A stretch of DNA of 64,000 nucleotides from an uncultured Planctomycetia bacterium (GTDB lineage Bacteria; Omnitrophota; Gorgyraeia; VGKN01). The notes below the pieces were generated by a model. It was not told the origin of the DNA, did no database searches, and was given only the letters and a program-made list of their open reading frames with translations. The stretch spans positions 5,618-69,617 of the forward strand of contig CAZDNS010000001.1 of the NCBI GenBank assembly GCA_964506845.1, read 5' to 3'. A program made the position numbers and the translations under genes. Shown piece by piece: positions 9,271 through 19,366 of the stretch; positions within the stretch are counted from its first letter, which is position 1, and the number at the start of each line of letters is the position of its first letter.

Positions 9271-10473
9271 ATGAGATTATGTGATGGCGGTATTTGCGCG
9301 CCAAGGGGATTTCTGGCTTGCGGGGTATATTCGGGGATAAAGAATAAAGGGCTTGACCTTGCCTTAATCTATACAAAGTCTTGGGCAAAAACCTTTGTCC
9401 TGTTTTCCGAAAATCAGATACAGGCTGCGCCAAACCTGATTACCAGAAAGAGAATTTCAAGAAATAAATCTGCCTGCGCAGTTCTGATAAACAGCGGAAA
9501 TGCAAATTGCCTTACCGGAAAAAGGGGGTTGCTTGATGCAGAGGAAATCACTGCCTCTCTGGCTAAAGCCCTGGGGATAAACAAAGAGCTGGTAATCTGC
9601 GCCTCTACCGGAATAATCGGAAGAAGGCTTCCTGTTGAAAAAATAAAAAGGGCTATTCCTAAATTAGTTGACAGTTTAAGCGCAAATGGAAGCAATCTTG
9701 CTGCAAGGGCAATTATGACCACAGATATAGCCAGCAAGGAAATAGCCGTAATTTTTGAAATAGGCGGTATTTCGGTAAAGATAGGGGCTATTGCAAAGGG
9801 AGCAGGTATGATTTCGCCTAACTTAGCTACAATGCTCTGCTTTATCTCAACGGATGCAAATATAACGTATAATGCCCTTAAAAAGGCGCTTAAAGAAGCA
9901 GTAGGGTCTTCATTTAACAGAATAACAATTGACGGCCAGATGAGCACAAACGATATGGTTACAATAACAGCAAATGGCATAGCAGGAAATCCTGTTATAA
10001 AATCTGATACAAGGGATTTTAAAATATTCTGCTCGGCACTAAGTTTTGTCTGTGAGCGCCTTGCGAAGAGTATTGTTAAGGACGCTGAGGGCGCTACCAA
10101 GTTTATAGAGATATCTGTAAAAAATGCGCTTACAAAACAAGAAGCTTTTAATATCGCAAGGGCTATAGCAAATTCGCCGCTGGTTAAGACTGCCTTTTAC
10201 GGAGAGGATCCGAATTTCGGGAGGATACTTGCAGCAGCAGGCGCTGCTTCAAAGAGAATAAATTTAGAAAGATTAAAACTTTTTATACAGGGCGTGCCTG
10301 TGTTTAAGAACGGGGCTATCTCTAACTTTAATTTTAATAAACTCAGGCAGAAACTAAAAAAAGAAAATATAAACGTAACACTGGATCTGGAAACAGGAAA
10401 AGAAACCTTCAGGCTCTGGACCTCGGACCTGACAGAGGAATATGTGAGGATAAACTCGGCTTATTCAACCTGA
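9271..10473 (+). CDS. argJ: bifunctional ornithine acetyltransferase / N-acetylglutamate synthase
   Basis: ATML autocatalytic cleavage motif (PNLATMLCFISTDA). Start moved to ATG 9271 (MRLCDGG...) so the CDS does not cover the repeat. Confidence 0.85.
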   Translation: MRLCDGGICAPRGFLACGVYSGIKNKGLDLALIYTKSWAKTFVLFSENQIQAAPNLITRKRISRNKSACAVLINSGNANCLTGKRGLLDAEEITASLAKALGINKELVICASTGIIGRRLPVEKIKRAIPKLVDSLSANGSNLAARAIMTTDIASKEIAVIFEIGGISVKIGAIAKGAGMISPNLATMLCFISTDANITYNALKKALKEAVGSSFNRITIDGQMSTNDMVTITANGIAGNPVIKSDTRDFKIFCSALSFVCERLAKSIVKDAEGATKFIEISVKNALTKQEAFNIARAIANSPLVKTAFYGEDPNFGRILAAAGAASKRINLERLKLFIQGVPVFKNGAISNFNFNKLRQKLKKENINVTLDLETGKETFRLWTSDLTEEYVRINSAYST

Positions 10474-10475
10474 AA

Positions 10476-11330
10476 ATGGAAAAATTTATCAAGAAGGCGG
10501 ATGTGCTTATTGAGGCAATCCCCTATATAAAAGCATTTAGAGACAGAATATTCGTGATAAAAATCGGCGGAGAGAACATCGAGAAAAAATCCGTTTTTGA
10601 TAGTTTTCTTCTGGATGTTGCCTTCTTAAATTTTGTAGGGATAAAGGTGGTTTTAATCCATGGCGGTGGCCAATTCATAAGTAAAAGGATGAGGCTCTCT
10701 GGAATAAAGCCTAAATTTATCGGAGGTCTGCGTATCACCTGCAAGGATACAATCGTGATAGTGGAAGAGGCATTATATAAGTTAAATCAAGTTATAGTAA
10801 AAAAATTCAGAGGGTTGGGCGTAAACAGTATAGGCCTTACGCCCAGAGAAGATACTGCCGTATTTGCACGTAAGAAACCCTCCGGGCTTGACCTCGGATT
10901 TGTAGGAGAGGTAAGCCGCATAGATACAAAAAGGCTCTTTTGCTTATTAAAGAATGGCTGCGTGTTGGTGGTTTCGCCGGTAGGGCTTGGTGCAAATTCC
11001 ATGTTTTACAACATAAATGCCGACTTGGTTGCCTCCTGCATTGCCTCTGAGCTAACGGCAGAAAAACTTATTCTTATGACCAATGTGGACGGCATACTTT
11101 CGGGCACAAAAAGAAACCGGCTTCTTCCAACGGTAACAGAAAAAATGGCAAGAAGGCTGATTAAAAACAAGACGGTTGACGGAGGTATGATACCCAAGGT
11201 TGAGGCGGCTCTGAATGCCTTAAAAGCAGGGGTTAAAAAGGTCCATATAATAAACGCTCAATTAAAACATGCCCTTTTACTTGAAATCTTTACAAACAAG
11301 GGCATAGGAACCGAACTGATAAGGATATAA
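10476..11330 (+). CDS. argB: acetylglutamate kinase
   Basis: VIKIGGE and VLIHGGG amino-acid kinase motifs, 284 aa. Confidence 0.85.
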   Translation: MEKFIKKADVLIEAIPYIKAFRDRIFVIKIGGENIEKKSVFDSFLLDVAFLNFVGIKVVLIHGGGQFISKRMRLSGIKPKFIGGLRITCKDTIVIVEEALYKLNQVIVKKFRGLGVNSIGLTPREDTAVFARKKPSGLDLGFVGEVSRIDTKRLFCLLKNGCVLVVSPVGLGANSMFYNINADLVASCIASELTAEKLILMTNVDGILSGTKRNRLLPTVTEKMARRLIKNKTVDGGMIPKVEAALNALKAGVKKVHIINAQLKHALLLEIFTNKGIGTELIRI

Positions 11331-12511
11331 TGAATACTAATGACGTAATAAAACTCTATGACGAATACGTGATGCCGACTTATCTTAAGAGCCCTCTTGT
11401 GCTTGTGAGGGGAAGGAATACGAAGGTCTGGGATATAGAAGGCAAGGAATACTTAGATTTTTTTCCAGGTTGGGCAGTTAGCGGGCTTGGGCACTGCCAT
11501 CCCTTTGTGGTGAGGGCGCTGAAGAGACAACTTTCAAAGATTATGCATGTTTCGAATAATTTTTATAATGAACTCCAGGGTGCCCTGGCAAAGGTTATAT
11601 CGGCTAACTCCTTTGACGGAAAGGTATTTTTCGCTAACAGCGGCGCCGAAGCAAACGAGGCAGCAGTAAAACTGGCAAGATTATACGGTAATCCGAAGAG
11701 ATTCGAAATTATAAGTATGGAAAACTCCTTTCACGGAAGAACGCTTGCAACGCTTACGCTTACAGGCCAGAAAAAACACAGACAAGGCTTTGACCCATTG
11801 CCTGCCGGATTTAATACAGTCCCGTTTAACGATATAAAGGCAATCGAAGAGGCGGTCAGCGATAAAACCATAGCCATAATAATAGAACCTGTCCAAGGAG
11901 AGGGCGGAATAAACATGGTTTCCAAAGAATACATAAGATTCTTGAGACGGTTTTGCACAAAAAAGGACATTTTACTGATATTTGATGAGGTTCAGACAGG
12001 AATGGGAAGGACCGGAAAGATGTTCTGCTTTCAGAATTTTGATATAGAGCCTGACCTGATGAGCCTGGCAAAAACATTAGGCGGAGGATTCCCTATCGGC
12101 GCTCTGGTTGCCAAAAGAAAATTTGCCAATGTATTCGGTCCGGGAATGCACGCCTCTACCTTTGGGGGAAACCCGCTGGCTTGCGCATCTAGCCTGGCGG
12201 TTTTTGAGGCAATCGAAGCCAATAACCTGCTCTTAAACGTAGTAAGGATGGGCGATTACTTATTTAAAAAAATAAAGGTATTAAAGGAAAAATTCTCATT
12301 CATAAAGGAGATAAGGGGAATAGGTCTTATGCTGGGAATTGAACTCTCCAGACCCGGAAAACCTATTGTTGAAGCCTGTATGAAGGAGGGCCTGCTTATC
12401 AACTGCACCCAGGAAAGGGTATTGAGGCTGCTTCCGCCCATAACTATAAATAAGAAAGAGATAGATAGCGGAATAAAAATACTTGAAAAAGGTTTTTTAA
12501 GCCAATTATGA
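11330..12511 (+). CDS. argD: acetylornithine aminotransferase
   Basis: Class-III aminotransferase (DEVQTGMGRTGKMF PLP-lysine region). Confidence 0.85.
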   Translation: MNTNDVIKLYDEYVMPTYLKSPLVLVRGRNTKVWDIEGKEYLDFFPGWAVSGLGHCHPFVVRALKRQLSKIMHVSNNFYNELQGALAKVISANSFDGKVFFANSGAEANEAAVKLARLYGNPKRFEIISMENSFHGRTLATLTLTGQKKHRQGFDPLPAGFNTVPFNDIKAIEEAVSDKTIAIIIEPVQGEGGINMVSKEYIRFLRRFCTKKDILLIFDEVQTGMGRTGKMFCFQNFDIEPDLMSLAKTLGGGFPIGALVAKRKFANVFGPGMHASTFGGNPLACASSLAVFEAIEANNLLLNVVRMGDYLFKKIKVLKEKFSFIKEIRGIGLMLGIELSRPGKPIVEACMKEGLLINCTQERVLRLLPPITINKKEIDSGIKILEKGFLSQL

Positions 12512-13434
12512 AAAAAGATTTAATCTCAATAAACGATTTGACCGCAGGAGAAATTACTGAAATTTTTGAGCTTGCCGACGAGATCAAGGGCAATGGAAAA
12601 AAATTCGAAAATCACCTTTCTAAGAAAACCCTTGGACTTATATTCCAGAAGCCTTCGAACAGGACAAGGGTTTCTTTTGAGGTAGGTATGACCCAATTAG
12701 GAGGCCATTCAGTTTATCTTGGGCCTGAGGATATAAAATTAGGGGTAAGGGAAGCGGTAAAAGACGTGGCAAGGGTCTTGTCAAAGTATCTTGACGCAAT
12801 TGTGGCAAGGACATTTTCCCATAGCGATATTGCGGAACTTGCGAAATTCTCTGCTATTCCTGTTATAAACGGTTTAAGCGACCTTATGCATCCCTGCCAG
12901 GCGCTCAGCGATATCTACACCATAAGAGAAAAAACTGCAAAAATCAGGAATATCAAACTTGCTTATATCGGAGACGGAAACAACGTGTTAAATTCACTCA
13001 TGGAGGCGGTAAGTAAGTTAGGATTATATATATCCATAGCGACCCCTAAGGGTTACGAGCCCGATAAAGAGATTTTAAAAACCTCAAAGAAAAATGCTCT
13101 AAAGAGCGGTGCAAGGATAACTTTTTCCAATAATCCAACTGAAGCAGTAAAGGATGCGGATTTTATATACACCGATGTCTGGACCAGCATGGGAAAGGAG
13201 CATGAAAGAAAGGCAAGGCTAAAGGCGTTCAAGGGTTTTCAGGTTAATTCAAGCCTAATAGCAGGGTGCAAAAAAAAATGCCTTATAATGCACTGCCTGC
13301 CTGCCCACAGGCAGGAGGAGATTACCGATGAGGTCCTGGACAGCCCTAATTCCATAGTCTTTGAGCAGGCAGAAAACAGGCTTCACGTTCAAAAGGCAGT
13401 TCTGATACTGCTTCTGGAGAGACGGAGAAAATAA
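12508..13434 (+). CDS. argF: ornithine carbamoyltransferase
   Basis: STRTRVSFE carbamoyl-phosphate motif and HCLPA ornithine-binding motif. Confidence 0.8.
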   Translation: MKKDLISINDLTAGEITEIFELADEIKGNGKKFENHLSKKTLGLIFQKPSNRTRVSFEVGMTQLGGHSVYLGPEDIKLGVREAVKDVARVLSKYLDAIVARTFSHSDIAELAKFSAIPVINGLSDLMHPCQALSDIYTIREKTAKIRNIKLAYIGDGNNVLNSLMEAVSKLGLYISIATPKGYEPDKEILKTSKKNALKSGARITFSNNPTEAVKDADFIYTDVWTSMGKEHERKARLKAFKGFQVNSSLIAGCKKKCLIMHCLPAHRQEEITDEVLDSPNSIVFEQAENRLHVQKAVLILLLERRRK

Positions 13435-14351
13435 TGTTCCCGAAGATTCTCGGTAGTTTAGTTTTTCTAAACGTATTTTTTGGCCTCGGCTTATTTTCCT
13501 TTTCCCAGGAAAATACAGCAAAACAAGAGGGACAAAAGGTACTGTTTGAGGATGAAATTGCTGCGGTCGTAAACGAAGAGGTTATTACCTCTAATGCACT
13601 GGATGAGAGGATAAACCTTATAAAATCGGTTAACAAAACTCAAGCATCTAAAGACAAACCAAGCAGTATCCCTGAGAGCCTGCGAAAAAATGCCATTGAG
13701 CAATTAATCGAAGAAACTATACTTTTGCAGGAGGCAAAGAAACAGAACATAACGGTAACCGATGAAGAACTTGAGCCCACAAGGGTTCAAATTTTAATCT
13801 CGAAACTTTTAAGCCGTGAGGTTGACTCAAGGATAGAGGTTTCAGACAGCGAGATTGCTTCCTATTACGAGGCAAATAAGAATCTATTTGTTGAACCGGA
13901 GCGTGTAAAGATAGATGAGGTTTTTCTAATGGTAAGACCCGGTTCAAAATTAGACGAGTGGCAATCAGCCCAAAAAGGAATGGAGGAACTGTATCTAAAG
14001 GTAAAAGACTCAAGCGATTTTGCTATGATGGCAAAGGAACTGGATAATAGAGTATCCATAGGAAGGTCCGGTTTTCTAAAAATGGGAGAGCTTCCGCCGG
14101 AGGTGGAGGAATTTGCCTTTAGCAGTCCGACTGGTAAGCTAAGTCCGCTGGTAAAATCCCCCATAGGTTTTCATATAGTAAGAGTGGTGGATAAAAAGGA
14201 GGCAAGGCAAAAAGACCTTACGGAGGTAAAAGAGGATATCAGGGACATTATTTTTAAACTCAAGGCAAGGCAGAGATACGAAGAGTGGATTGCAAAACTA
14301 AAGGCAAGCTCAAATATCGATGTAAGAGAAGATAAAGCTGCTCTTAAATGA
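13434..14351 (+). CDS. SurA-like periplasmic chaperone / parvulin-type peptidyl-prolyl isomerase
   Basis: Signal peptide, then a SurA N-terminal-like region and a PpiC/parvulin domain (SPIGFHIVRV). Confidence 0.6.
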   Translation: MFPKILGSLVFLNVFFGLGLFSFSQENTAKQEGQKVLFEDEIAAVVNEEVITSNALDERINLIKSVNKTQASKDKPSSIPESLRKNAIEQLIEETILLQEAKKQNITVTDEELEPTRVQILISKLLSREVDSRIEVSDSEIASYYEANKNLFVEPERVKIDEVFLMVRPGSKLDEWQSAQKGMEELYLKVKDSSDFAMMAKELDNRVSIGRSGFLKMGELPPEVEEFAFSSPTGKLSPLVKSPIGFHIVRVVDKKEARQKDLTEVKEDIRDIIFKLKARQRYEEWIAKLKASSNIDVREDKAALK

Positions 14352-16570
14352 AATGGCTTTTTTTTATTTCCATTTTTTTAGTTTTTGTTTCTTATGGACA
14401 TAAAAACTCTCTTGCGCAAAATAATGGCCAGGTATCAAAAATAGAAGTAGATGGAAACGTAAACATCGAGAAAGAGGAAGTAGTGAAAACGCTAAAAACG
14501 TATATCGGCGAAGAGATTGACCGCAAAAAACTTCAGAAAGGAATAGCTTCGCTTTATGAACTCGGATTCTTTGAAGATGTTAAAATGAGAGCGGTTGAAA
14601 CTGACGAGGGCATAGCCATCATTACTACTGTCCAGGAAAAACCCGAGCTTAAGAACCTGCGTTTCAGGGGGAATAAATTTGTTTCTCCCCGGCTTATTCA
14701 GAGGGTTCTTATGCTTCAACCTCAGGAGAGGAAGTTTGTTGACCGTAAGCTCTTGGATAACTGCACCGATAGGATACTTAGGCTTTACAGAGACTCGGGA
14801 TATTATTTTGCGCGGGCATATCCCAGGGCGGAAATAGACGAAAAGACTAATGAGGCGTCTGTTACATATATGATCGAAGAGGGTAAACGGATAAAGGTAA
14901 AACGGATAATGGTAGCGGGAAATAAGCGCTTCGCAAGCGGGGAAATTCTTAAATCGATGTCTACCAAAGCCGGCGGCTTTTTTTCTAATGATATATTTTC
15001 CGATGAAGAGCTATCGGCGGATATAAAGAAAATCAGCTCTTTATACCATTCTGACGGATACATAAAGGCAAAGGTTTCGCACAGCCTGTTCTTCGATGAA
15101 AAAAATGAGCATGTTGCGATTCTTATAGTAATTGACGAGGGTATCCGCTATAGCGTGGGTAAAATCTCTGCAAGGGGTAATACCGCTTTAGAGGGGGCAA
15201 AATTTGAAGAGTTGTTTCTGCTAAAAGAGGGGGAGGTTTTTAACCACGATAAACTACTCAAAGGTATAAACAACCTGAATTCCTTTTATTCCAGAAACGG
15301 CTTTCTACTTTCCCGCATTGAATATGCTTTAACTTACCACGATAATGAGCTTAAGGCGGATGTGGAGGTAAAGATAATTGAAAACAATCCCTATACCATA
15401 AACAGGATAATCGTAAAGGGAAACCAAAAGACAAAGGAGCGGATAATAAAGAGGTTTTTGCTTGTCAGAGAGCAGGAAATCTTTGACGGCTATAAGATAT
15501 TCCTTACCCAGAGGCGGTTACAGGAATTAGGTTATTTTAAAAAGGTATCCATTTTAACGCAACAAACCAAATTTCCCGATAAAAGAGACCTTTTAATTGA
15601 CTTGGAGGAGGGCGGCACAAATATGTTTGAGGCAGGGCTTAAATACAGCACTGCCTACGACCTGGGATTTTATGCCAGATTCGATGAAAAAAATCTATTT
15701 GGAAGGGCTCAGAGATTAACCCTTAAAAGCCAAGTCGGAGGAAAGAAAGAGAACGTAACCTTAAGTTTTATTGAGCCTTATTTATTCGAAAGGGATTTAA
15801 GGCTAAAAACCGACCTCTATGGAACCGAGTTAAATATTCCGAGAAGATACTTTAAGGAGAGAAGAGCAGGCGGAGACATTATTTTTACAAAACCGTTGTT
15901 TGGATACACATTTGGCAATCTATCCTACAGATTCGAGGAGGTAAAGGTATTTGATGTAGGGACTGAGGTAAGTGACTATATATTGCCCGGAAAGACAAAT
16001 CTTGCAAGTGTAACAGGTGCCTTGGTAAGGGATACGCGGGATAGTTATTTTTATCCCTTGAGGGGCTCACTTAATAGCGTAGACTTTGAAACCTCAGGAG
16101 ATTTCTTAGGCAGCGATTATAATTTTATTAAATCTGCAGGTGAATCAAATTATTACTTTAATTTGTTAGGCCAGACTGTATTTCTGGTTCGCCTAAGGCT
16201 AGGAATAGTCAGCGGATTCAATGAAAAAAAAGTGCCCCTCTTTGAGAGGTTCTATCTGGGTGGCGCAAACACTATCAGGGGATACGAGGAGGGTGAAATT
16301 GCGCCACGCTTTGGCGGAAAGGCAATGGGTATTGTGAATTTGGAATACAGAATACCGCTTACAAAGAATAAGACGTTTATAAACAGCCTTTTCTACGATG
16401 CGGGTAATTCCTGGGAGGCTATCAGAGACCTTGACATCGGAGACCTAAAGCAGGGATTGGGAACTGCTTTAACATATAATTCCAGATTTGGAAGAGTAGG
16501 TTTGACTTATGGATATGGCATAGATAAACACAAGGATGAAATATACGTAAATATCGGAAATAACTTTTAA
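14348..16570 (+). CDS. bamA: outer membrane protein assembly factor BamA (Omp85 family)
   Basis: 740 aa. Signal peptide, repeated POTRA-like modules, C-terminal beta-barrel ending in aromatic-rich strands. Sits directly after surA-like. Confidence 0.75.
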   Translation: MKWLFFISIFLVFVSYGHKNSLAQNNGQVSKIEVDGNVNIEKEEVVKTLKTYIGEEIDRKKLQKGIASLYELGFFEDVKMRAVETDEGIAIITTVQEKPELKNLRFRGNKFVSPRLIQRVLMLQPQERKFVDRKLLDNCTDRILRLYRDSGYYFARAYPRAEIDEKTNEASVTYMIEEGKRIKVKRIMVAGNKRFASGEILKSMSTKAGGFFSNDIFSDEELSADIKKISSLYHSDGYIKAKVSHSLFFDEKNEHVAILIVIDEGIRYSVGKISARGNTALEGAKFEELFLLKEGEVFNHDKLLKGINNLNSFYSRNGFLLSRIEYALTYHDNELKADVEVKIIENNPYTINRIIVKGNQKTKERIIKRFLLVREQEIFDGYKIFLTQRRLQELGYFKKVSILTQQTKFPDKRDLLIDLEEGGTNMFEAGLKYSTAYDLGFYARFDEKNLFGRAQRLTLKSQVGGKKENVTLSFIEPYLFERDLRLKTDLYGTELNIPRRYFKERRAGGDIIFTKPLFGYTFGNLSYRFEEVKVFDVGTEVSDYILPGKTNLASVTGALVRDTRDSYFYPLRGSLNSVDFETSGDFLGSDYNFIKSAGESNYYFNLLGQTVFLVRLRLGIVSGFNEKKVPLFERFYLGGANTIRGYEEGEIAPRFGGKAMGIVNLEYRIPLTKNKTFINSLFYDAGNSWEAIRDLDIGDLKQGLGTALTYNSRFGRVGLTYGYGIDKHKDEIYVNIGNNF

Positions 16571-16574
16571 AAGA

Positions 16575-16706
16575 GGTAACCGCAAAAGCGCAGAATAACC
16601 ATCAAAACGCAAAATATCCTATAGAAGCGCAAAGAAAGACTTCCGCGTTTCAGTGTTTACTAATTTAGCGATTTAATGGTTACAAATTTTGCGTTTCAGC
16701 GGTTGT
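16575..16706 (+). promoter_or_regulatory. conserved upstream cassette, copy A (GGTAACCGCAAAAGCGC ... AGCGGTTACAAATTTTG ... CGTTTCAGCGGTTG)
   Basis: Member of a 4-copy family (46234, 48355, 61877). Ends 18 bp before the ATG at 16724. Confidence 0.6.
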
Positions 16707-16723
16707 AAAGTAGGAGTGTGTAA

Positions 16724-17344
16724 ATGAAAAAAAATCGTTTAGTACCGGTAACGGTAATATGTATATTTATGGCTACAGGTAATTTATATGCGGAAAAACT
16801 GATAATAGCCGATTTTAACAGGGCGACACACAGAAACAATCTTGGAGATGATTTTGGCGTATGGGGACCTGATCCTGCGTACTGTGTTGTAGGAATAAAA
16901 GATAGTTTTGACGGTAATACCAAGCATGGCGATGAAGGAAATTCGCTCAGGCTTGAATATGACATAGAAACTGAGGACAATTATGGGGGTTATTCGGATG
17001 TTTCGAACCCTTCGGAAGAAGCATATAATGGTTTCTGGATGAAGCTAGGAAAGGCAGATACAGAGGGTTTCAATAAGTTGGTATTTTTTGTAAAAGGTGA
17101 TGAAACAACAGATTATACCAGCAGATTCAGGGTTGAAATAAGAAACTCAAAAAATGAGTTGGGCCGTTACCTGATCACCGATATTACGGATGAGTGGAAA
17201 ATGGTTACAATACCATTTTCCGATAAGGCAGGCATTAGAGATTGGTCAAGGCTTGCAGAATTTAATATAAAATTTGATACGACAAATTGCGATACCAAGG
17301 TTGGAGCCATGTATATTGACGATATTTATCTATCAAACGAATAA
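16724..17344 (+). CDS. secreted hypothetical protein (possible jelly-roll / carbohydrate-binding fold)
   Basis: Signal peptide MKKNRLVPVTVICIFMATGNLYA, 206 aa. No catalytic motif. Confidence 0.4.
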   Translation: MKKNRLVPVTVICIFMATGNLYAEKLIIADFNRATHRNNLGDDFGVWGPDPAYCVVGIKDSFDGNTKHGDEGNSLRLEYDIETEDNYGGYSDVSNPSEEAYNGFWMKLGKADTEGFNKLVFFVKGDETTDYTSRFRVEIRNSKNELGRYLITDITDEWKMVTIPFSDKAGIRDWSRLAEFNIKFDTTNCDTKVGAMYIDDIYLSNE

Positions 17345-17361
17345 AAGCATAGGGGGAGGAT

Positions 17362-18066
17362 ATGAAAAGGTTATTTTTAGTCCTTTTATTGGTAGCCACG
17401 CCCGTTAAATGTCTGGCAGAGGGTTCCAGCTGGGACTGGTGGAACGACTGGGTGGAAAGGTCATACTTTTATGTGTATGCGCAAAAAAAACAGATGGATT
17501 ACGAATGGCCGAATTCCTGGTACACGTACGTTCAGGGAAAATACGATTTTTCTCCGACAATCTACGGAGCGGAATGGGATCTGGCAGACAGGTATGTCGG
17601 CAAGGGCAGGCTTTCAAATCTGTACTTTAAGGTAAAGCATCAACCTGAGGTAAAATATCCGAGAGATGAGGAGAGTTACTACGAAAACTACGGCTACACA
17701 GATGCAGAGCTTAATACCGACATAAGACTGATAGGAAACTGGAACCTTGCCTTAGGTTATGGCCTGGAAAAAAGAATTTACGATTATCCTGACCCATCTG
17801 AGTTCAGGGGAAAAGAAAGGTGGGTGTATGATGCTACCTTAAATCATTGGAGATTACGGACAGCCGCAGAACTCGATGCTGCAGGGTTCACTACAAACCC
17901 GCAACCTATGCCTTTTGCGGATGAGTCAGAATGGACCAACCATACGTTCACGGTGGGCCTAAAATACTATGGCAGCGCATACGTGGATATAAAATACGGC
18001 ACAAGCTGGTGGCCGCCGATATATGGAGCAGTCAGAACAATACCTGCTGAGACAGAATTAGAATGA
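17362..18066 (+). CDS. secreted Trp/Tyr-rich hypothetical protein
   Basis: Signal peptide, 234 aa, WDWWNDW-type aromatic-rich sequence. Confidence 0.4.
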   Translation: MKRLFLVLLLVATPVKCLAEGSSWDWWNDWVERSYFYVYAQKKQMDYEWPNSWYTYVQGKYDFSPTIYGAEWDLADRYVGKGRLSNLYFKVKHQPEVKYPRDEESYYENYGYTDAELNTDIRLIGNWNLALGYGLEKRIYDYPDPSEFRGKERWVYDATLNHWRLRTAAELDAAGFTTNPQPMPFADESEWTNHTFTVGLKYYGSAYVDIKYGTSWWPPIYGAVRTIPAETELE

Positions 18067-18132
18067 GCAGTCGGGGATTTTTATATAAAGTCGACTGCTC
18101 ATGAGAGGTCGTGGAAAATTCCCCGACCTCTC
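18062..18132. repeat. two consecutive hairpins after the secreted-protein gene
   Basis: TGAGCAGTCG..CGACTGCTCA and GAGAGGTCG..CGACCTCTC. The arms are shared with the hairpins at 59915-60010. Confidence 0.5.
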
Positions 18133-18156
18133 AATTAGAATAGAAAGGATTCCGGT

Positions 18157-19350
18157 ATGTCAAAAAAAATTATACTTGCCTACTCCGGAGGCTTAGATAC
18201 CTCCTGTGCTATAAGATGGCTAAAGGAACGGGGTTTTGAGGTTATCTGTTTTATTGCCGATCTTGGGCAGGGTGAAAATTTCCAGCAGATTGACAAGAGA
18301 GCCCTGGTTGCAGGCGCATCCAGGGTATATATAAAGGATATTCAGGATGAGTTTATAAATGATTTTATCCTGTCTGCCTTAAAGGCAAATGCAATCTATG
18401 AGGGTAAATATCTCCTTGCAACTGCATTGGGAAGACCCTTGATAGCTAAATACCTTGTTGAGATAGCTCATAAGGAAAGGGCAGGTGCAGTTGCTCACGG
18501 CTGCACAGGCAAGGGAAATGACCAGGTGAGGCTCGAGGTAACAGTGGGCATATTGGACCCTGACCTTGAGATAATTGCCCCTCTAAGGGAATGGAAATTT
18601 AAATCGCGGGAGGAAGAGATAGAATATGCAAAACTCCACAATATCCCCATAGATATAACAAAGAAAAAACCTTACAGTATAGACAGGAATATCTGGGGAA
18701 TAAGTATTGAGGCAGGTGTTCTCGAAGACCTTAGCAAGGAACCGCCTGAGAATGCCTATTTGATAACAAAAAACCCTGTTAATGGACCTAAAACTCCTAA
18801 ACATATCGAGATTTATTTTGAAAAGGGTGTGCCTAAAAAAATAAATGGGAAAACTTATAAGCTAAGGGATTTGATTAACTCATTGAACAAGGCAGGCGGG
18901 CTTTATGGTATTGGAAGAACAGACCTAGTTGAAAACAGGCTCGTTGGGATTAAATCAAGGGAGATTTATGAGGCGCCAGCTGCCACCATACTCTATACTG
19001 CTCATAAGGAACTGGAGAGCCTGGTCTTGGACAGGGAGGTGCTACATTTTAAGGAAATTATTTCGCTTAAATACTCTGAGCTGGTATATTATGGGTTATG
19101 GTATTCCAAATTAAAAGAGGCATTGGATAGCTTTGTCAATTCAACCCAGGAATATGTTACTGGCTCTATAAGATTAAAATTGACAAATGGAAACTGTGTT
19201 GCCGTAGGAAGAGAATCGCCTTTCTCTCTCTATAAAAAGGAAATGGCAACATACGGCAAAGAGGATAAATTTAACCAAAAACTGGCAGAGGGTTTTATTA
19301 AAATATGGGGAATGCCATATAAAATCCAAAATCCAAAAATTAAAAATTAA
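18157..19350 (+). CDS. argG: argininosuccinate synthase
   Basis: AYSGGLDTS PP-loop motif, 397 aa. Confidence 0.9.
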   Translation: MSKKIILAYSGGLDTSCAIRWLKERGFEVICFIADLGQGENFQQIDKRALVAGASRVYIKDIQDEFINDFILSALKANAIYEGKYLLATALGRPLIAKYLVEIAHKERAGAVAHGCTGKGNDQVRLEVTVGILDPDLEIIAPLREWKFKSREEEIEYAKLHNIPIDITKKKPYSIDRNIWGISIEAGVLEDLSKEPPENAYLITKNPVNGPKTPKHIEIYFEKGVPKKINGKTYKLRDLINSLNKAGGLYGIGRTDLVENRLVGIKSREIYEAPAATILYTAHKELESLVLDREVLHFKEIISLKYSELVYYGLWYSKLKEALDSFVNSTQEYVTGSIRLKLTNGNCVAVGRESPFSLYKKEMATYGKEDKFNQKLAEGFIKIWGMPYKIQNPKIKN

Positions 19351-19366
19351 AAACAGAGAGACAGAC

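Noticed and set aside
9414-10100. 228-aa minus-strand ORF inside argJ (and similar antisense ORFs, for example 21892..22548, 23653..24138, 36422..36895)
   Set aside because: These are shadow ORFs antisense to well-supported conserved genes. They have no RBS and no recognisable domains.
16575-16706. Sigma-54 (-24 GG / -12 GC) promoter interpretation of the GGCGTTTACTAATTT.GCT block in the upstream cassette
   Set aside because: The spacing between the GG and GC dinucleotides is about 14 nt, not the required 10. There is no TGGCAC/TTGCW match.
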